From Promethearchaeota archaeon (GTDB lineage Archaea > Asgardarchaeota > Lokiarchaeia > Sigyniarchaeales > SOKP01), in NCBI GenBank assembly GCA_016839745.1, contig JAEOTS010000119.1:1-18289 (forward strand): DNA of 18,289 bases, in the 5' to 3' direction. The translations under genes and the position numbers were made by a program. Shown in pieces: positions 16,490 to 18,289 of the stretch (position 1 is the first letter of the stretch; every line of letters begins with the position of its first letter). The notes under the pieces are model-generated. The model had not been told where the DNA came from. It saw only the letters and a list, made by a program, of their open reading frames with translations, and made no database searches.

Positions 16490-17494
16490 TTATTCTTTAT
16501 ATTCTTTATCTAAGAACTCTATGGCTTTTTCCATGTCTCTTAACGCTTTTTTTCTATCTTTTGGATTCATATTATAGAAATCATCCTCGGAATCTGTCCC
16601 AATTTTTTGCGATTCTGCCTGCGATTTAAATTTTTTGAAAACTAATGCGTTTATATAACGTTCGTAATGGCCTATAGCTTTATTAAGGTCGGGATTATCT
16701 TTAATCTGGTCCCACAATCCAAGGGTTTCTAAACTTCGAACACCAATATCAATTCTAAACCAGCTAATTGGAAATAATAATTTCTTTTTAATCCCGTATT
16801 CAATTACTTTTATATTCTCATCATCGATATACATTTCGGCTATTTCATCCTTGCTGAAAACTATGTTATCGCTCATAATATACATGTTAGCTGCATTTCT
16901 TGAGGTACATACAATTCCTACAGCAAAACCTTTTGCCAATCGCAATTTGTTAATAAGGTCTTCTAATTTTGAGCCTTTAATGTGAACATTCGATTTTTTA
17001 GTCCCTTGAAATTCAATTTTTATTTTTCTTATATCTAGATCGTCACTTATTATCTTAGGGAACAAATCTTTTTCGCGGGATCTTTTATGAGCTTCCAATA
17101 ATTTATTAATAATCTCGTAATCTAACTTAAGTCCAGGGATTACAGTTGTATTTGCGTCTAAAAATGCATCTACTTCAAAATCAGCGATTCCATAAAAAAT
17201 TTTTCGATTATTGATAATCTGATAGATTGTTTTTACAATTGTATCTACTAATGCTTCTGGATCTTCCCGAATCGAGTCAAATTCGGTTGTAGTAAAAGTA
17301 TCAATACTATCTTCTAATCCTTCCTCCTCGTAAAAAGCAGCCCACGACATTTCAGTATAAATATTACCTTCGTTGTAGAAGTTATGCTCACTATCTATAC
17401 TGATAATCGATTTGGCTCCACCTATCTCCACTCCTTTTTTGGTGCTTGAAGAACTAAATATTTTCAGCGGGGGATTATAAAATTCAAGCGACAA
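16490..17494 (-). CDS. Hypothetical protein
   Basis: 334-aa uninterrupted ORF with a TTG start and a globular alpha/beta composition. No motif recognised. Confidence 0.8.
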   Translation of the reverse strand: MSLEFYNPPLKIFSSSSTKKGVEIGGAKSIISIDSEHNFYNEGNIYTEMSWAAFYEEEGLEDSIDTFTTTEFDSIREDPEALVDTIVKTIYQIINNRKIFYGIADFEVDAFLDANTTVIPGLKLDYEIINKLLEAHKRSREKDLFPKIISDDLDIRKIKIEFQGTKKSNVHIKGSKLEDLINKLRLAKGFAVGIVCTSRNAANMYIMSDNIVFSKDEIAEMYIDDENIKVIEYGIKKKLLFPISWFRIDIGVRSLETLGLWDQIKDNPDLNKAIGHYERYINALVFKKFKSQAESQKIGTDSEDDFYNMNPKDRKKALRDMEKAIEFLDKEYKE

Positions 17495-17623
17495 TTAATT
17501 AACCATTTTATAAATAATGCTTTAAAATATTAATAGAGTCCATATTATTAAATATGGTTTTTTTAAGCATCGAAATTTAAAAGAAAAAAAGTTATTCGTA
17601 ATTTAAACCGAGCTTATTAGGTT

Positions 17624-18289
17624 TTAGTTTACGGGTATTTTAATTATAAATGTAGAACCCTTACCTTTTCCTGCAGATTCAGCCCAGATGTCGCCTCGGT
17701 GCAGTTTAATAATTTCTTTCGATAAAAACAATCCTAATCCCGTACTTCCTAAATCCATGTTAAGATCTTTTTTAAGTGGAGACTCTATAGTACTGAATTT
17801 TTTGAAAAGATTATCAATTTCCTCTTTTGTTAATCCTACTCCTGAATCTTTTATTTCTACATGAGCAAAATGAGCATCCGACTTCAGATTAACACTTATT
17901 TTCCCATTAGGGGGAGTATATTTTATCGCATTTGAGATAATATTCGTTAAAACAAGTTCTATTCGAGATTCGTCTATGTTCATATAAAGATCAGGTAAGA
18001 TATCGATATCTATTTTGTGGTTGCGTTTGTTGCTAAAATACTTCATTTCTTTGATGCAATTTATTATTATGTCACTCATGTTGGTTCTAGTCTTATGGAG
18101 TTTAAAAATTTTAGATTCCATCAAAGAAACATCAAGTAGATCATCCACAAGTTTTTTAATTCTTTTAGTTCCAATGGAGGCCATTTCTAATAGTTCTAAT
18201 TGTTCTGGATTGAAATTATCTTTATGTAAAAGGTCTAAAAGTTGGTATGCTCCATAAACAGTTGTGATTGGAGTTTTTAACTCGTGAGA
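17624..18289 (-). CDS. Sensor histidine kinase, 3' portion (HisKA + HATPase_c); runs off the window edge
   Basis: The frame is open to the window end and begins SHELKTPITTVYGAYQLL (H-box). N-box NIISNAIKYT, G1 DSGVG, F-box LFKKF and G2 STGLGL. The track start at 18184 is an internal Met. Confidence 0.95.
   Translation of the reverse strand, partial: SHELKTPITTVYGAYQLLDLLHKDNFNPEQLELLEMASIGTKRIKKLVDDLLDVSLMESKIFKLHKTRTNMSDIIINCIKEMKYFSNKRNHKIDIDILPDLYMNIDESRIELVLTNIISNAIKYTPPNGKISVNLKSDAHFAHVEIKDSGVGLTKEEIDNLFKKFSTIESPLKKDLNMDLGSTGLGLFLSKEIIKLHRGDIWAESAGKGKGSTFIIKIPVN

Noticed and set aside
18015-18257. 80-aa plus-strand ORF
   Set aside because: Antisense to the histidine kinase frame, which is continuous to the window edge.

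Overview
AT-rich archaeal-type window. The gene content (WD40-TIR protein, PAC2 proteasome chaperone, two-gene SufC/SufB-like system, orphan gatC, oligo-T terminators) suggests an Asgard archaeon, probably Lokiarchaeia; this taxonomy is an inference. Left to right: a 4-TM membrane protein; a 1228-aa protein with 21 WD40 repeats, a helical linker and a C-terminal TIR domain that keeps the catalytic Glu; a protein with a CorA-like stalk, 2 TM helices and an ADP-ribose-pyrophosphatase-type NUDIX domain; a four-cluster ferredoxin with no canonical start codon; a PAC2 chaperone plus an unannotated, internally deleted pseudogene copy; an unannotated 43-aa membrane peptide; a sufC-sufB-peroxiredoxin-like-wHTH cluster; a MoxR AAA+ / HEXXH-vWA pair; a small Cys4 protein; gatC; a hypothetical protein; and the 3' part of a histidine kinase. 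The best candidate for a new system is the WD40-TIR / 2TM-NUDIX pair, which could form an ADP-ribose signalling circuit (TIR makes the signal, membrane NUDIX senses or removes it). No CRISPR array, RNA gene or transposase was recognised.
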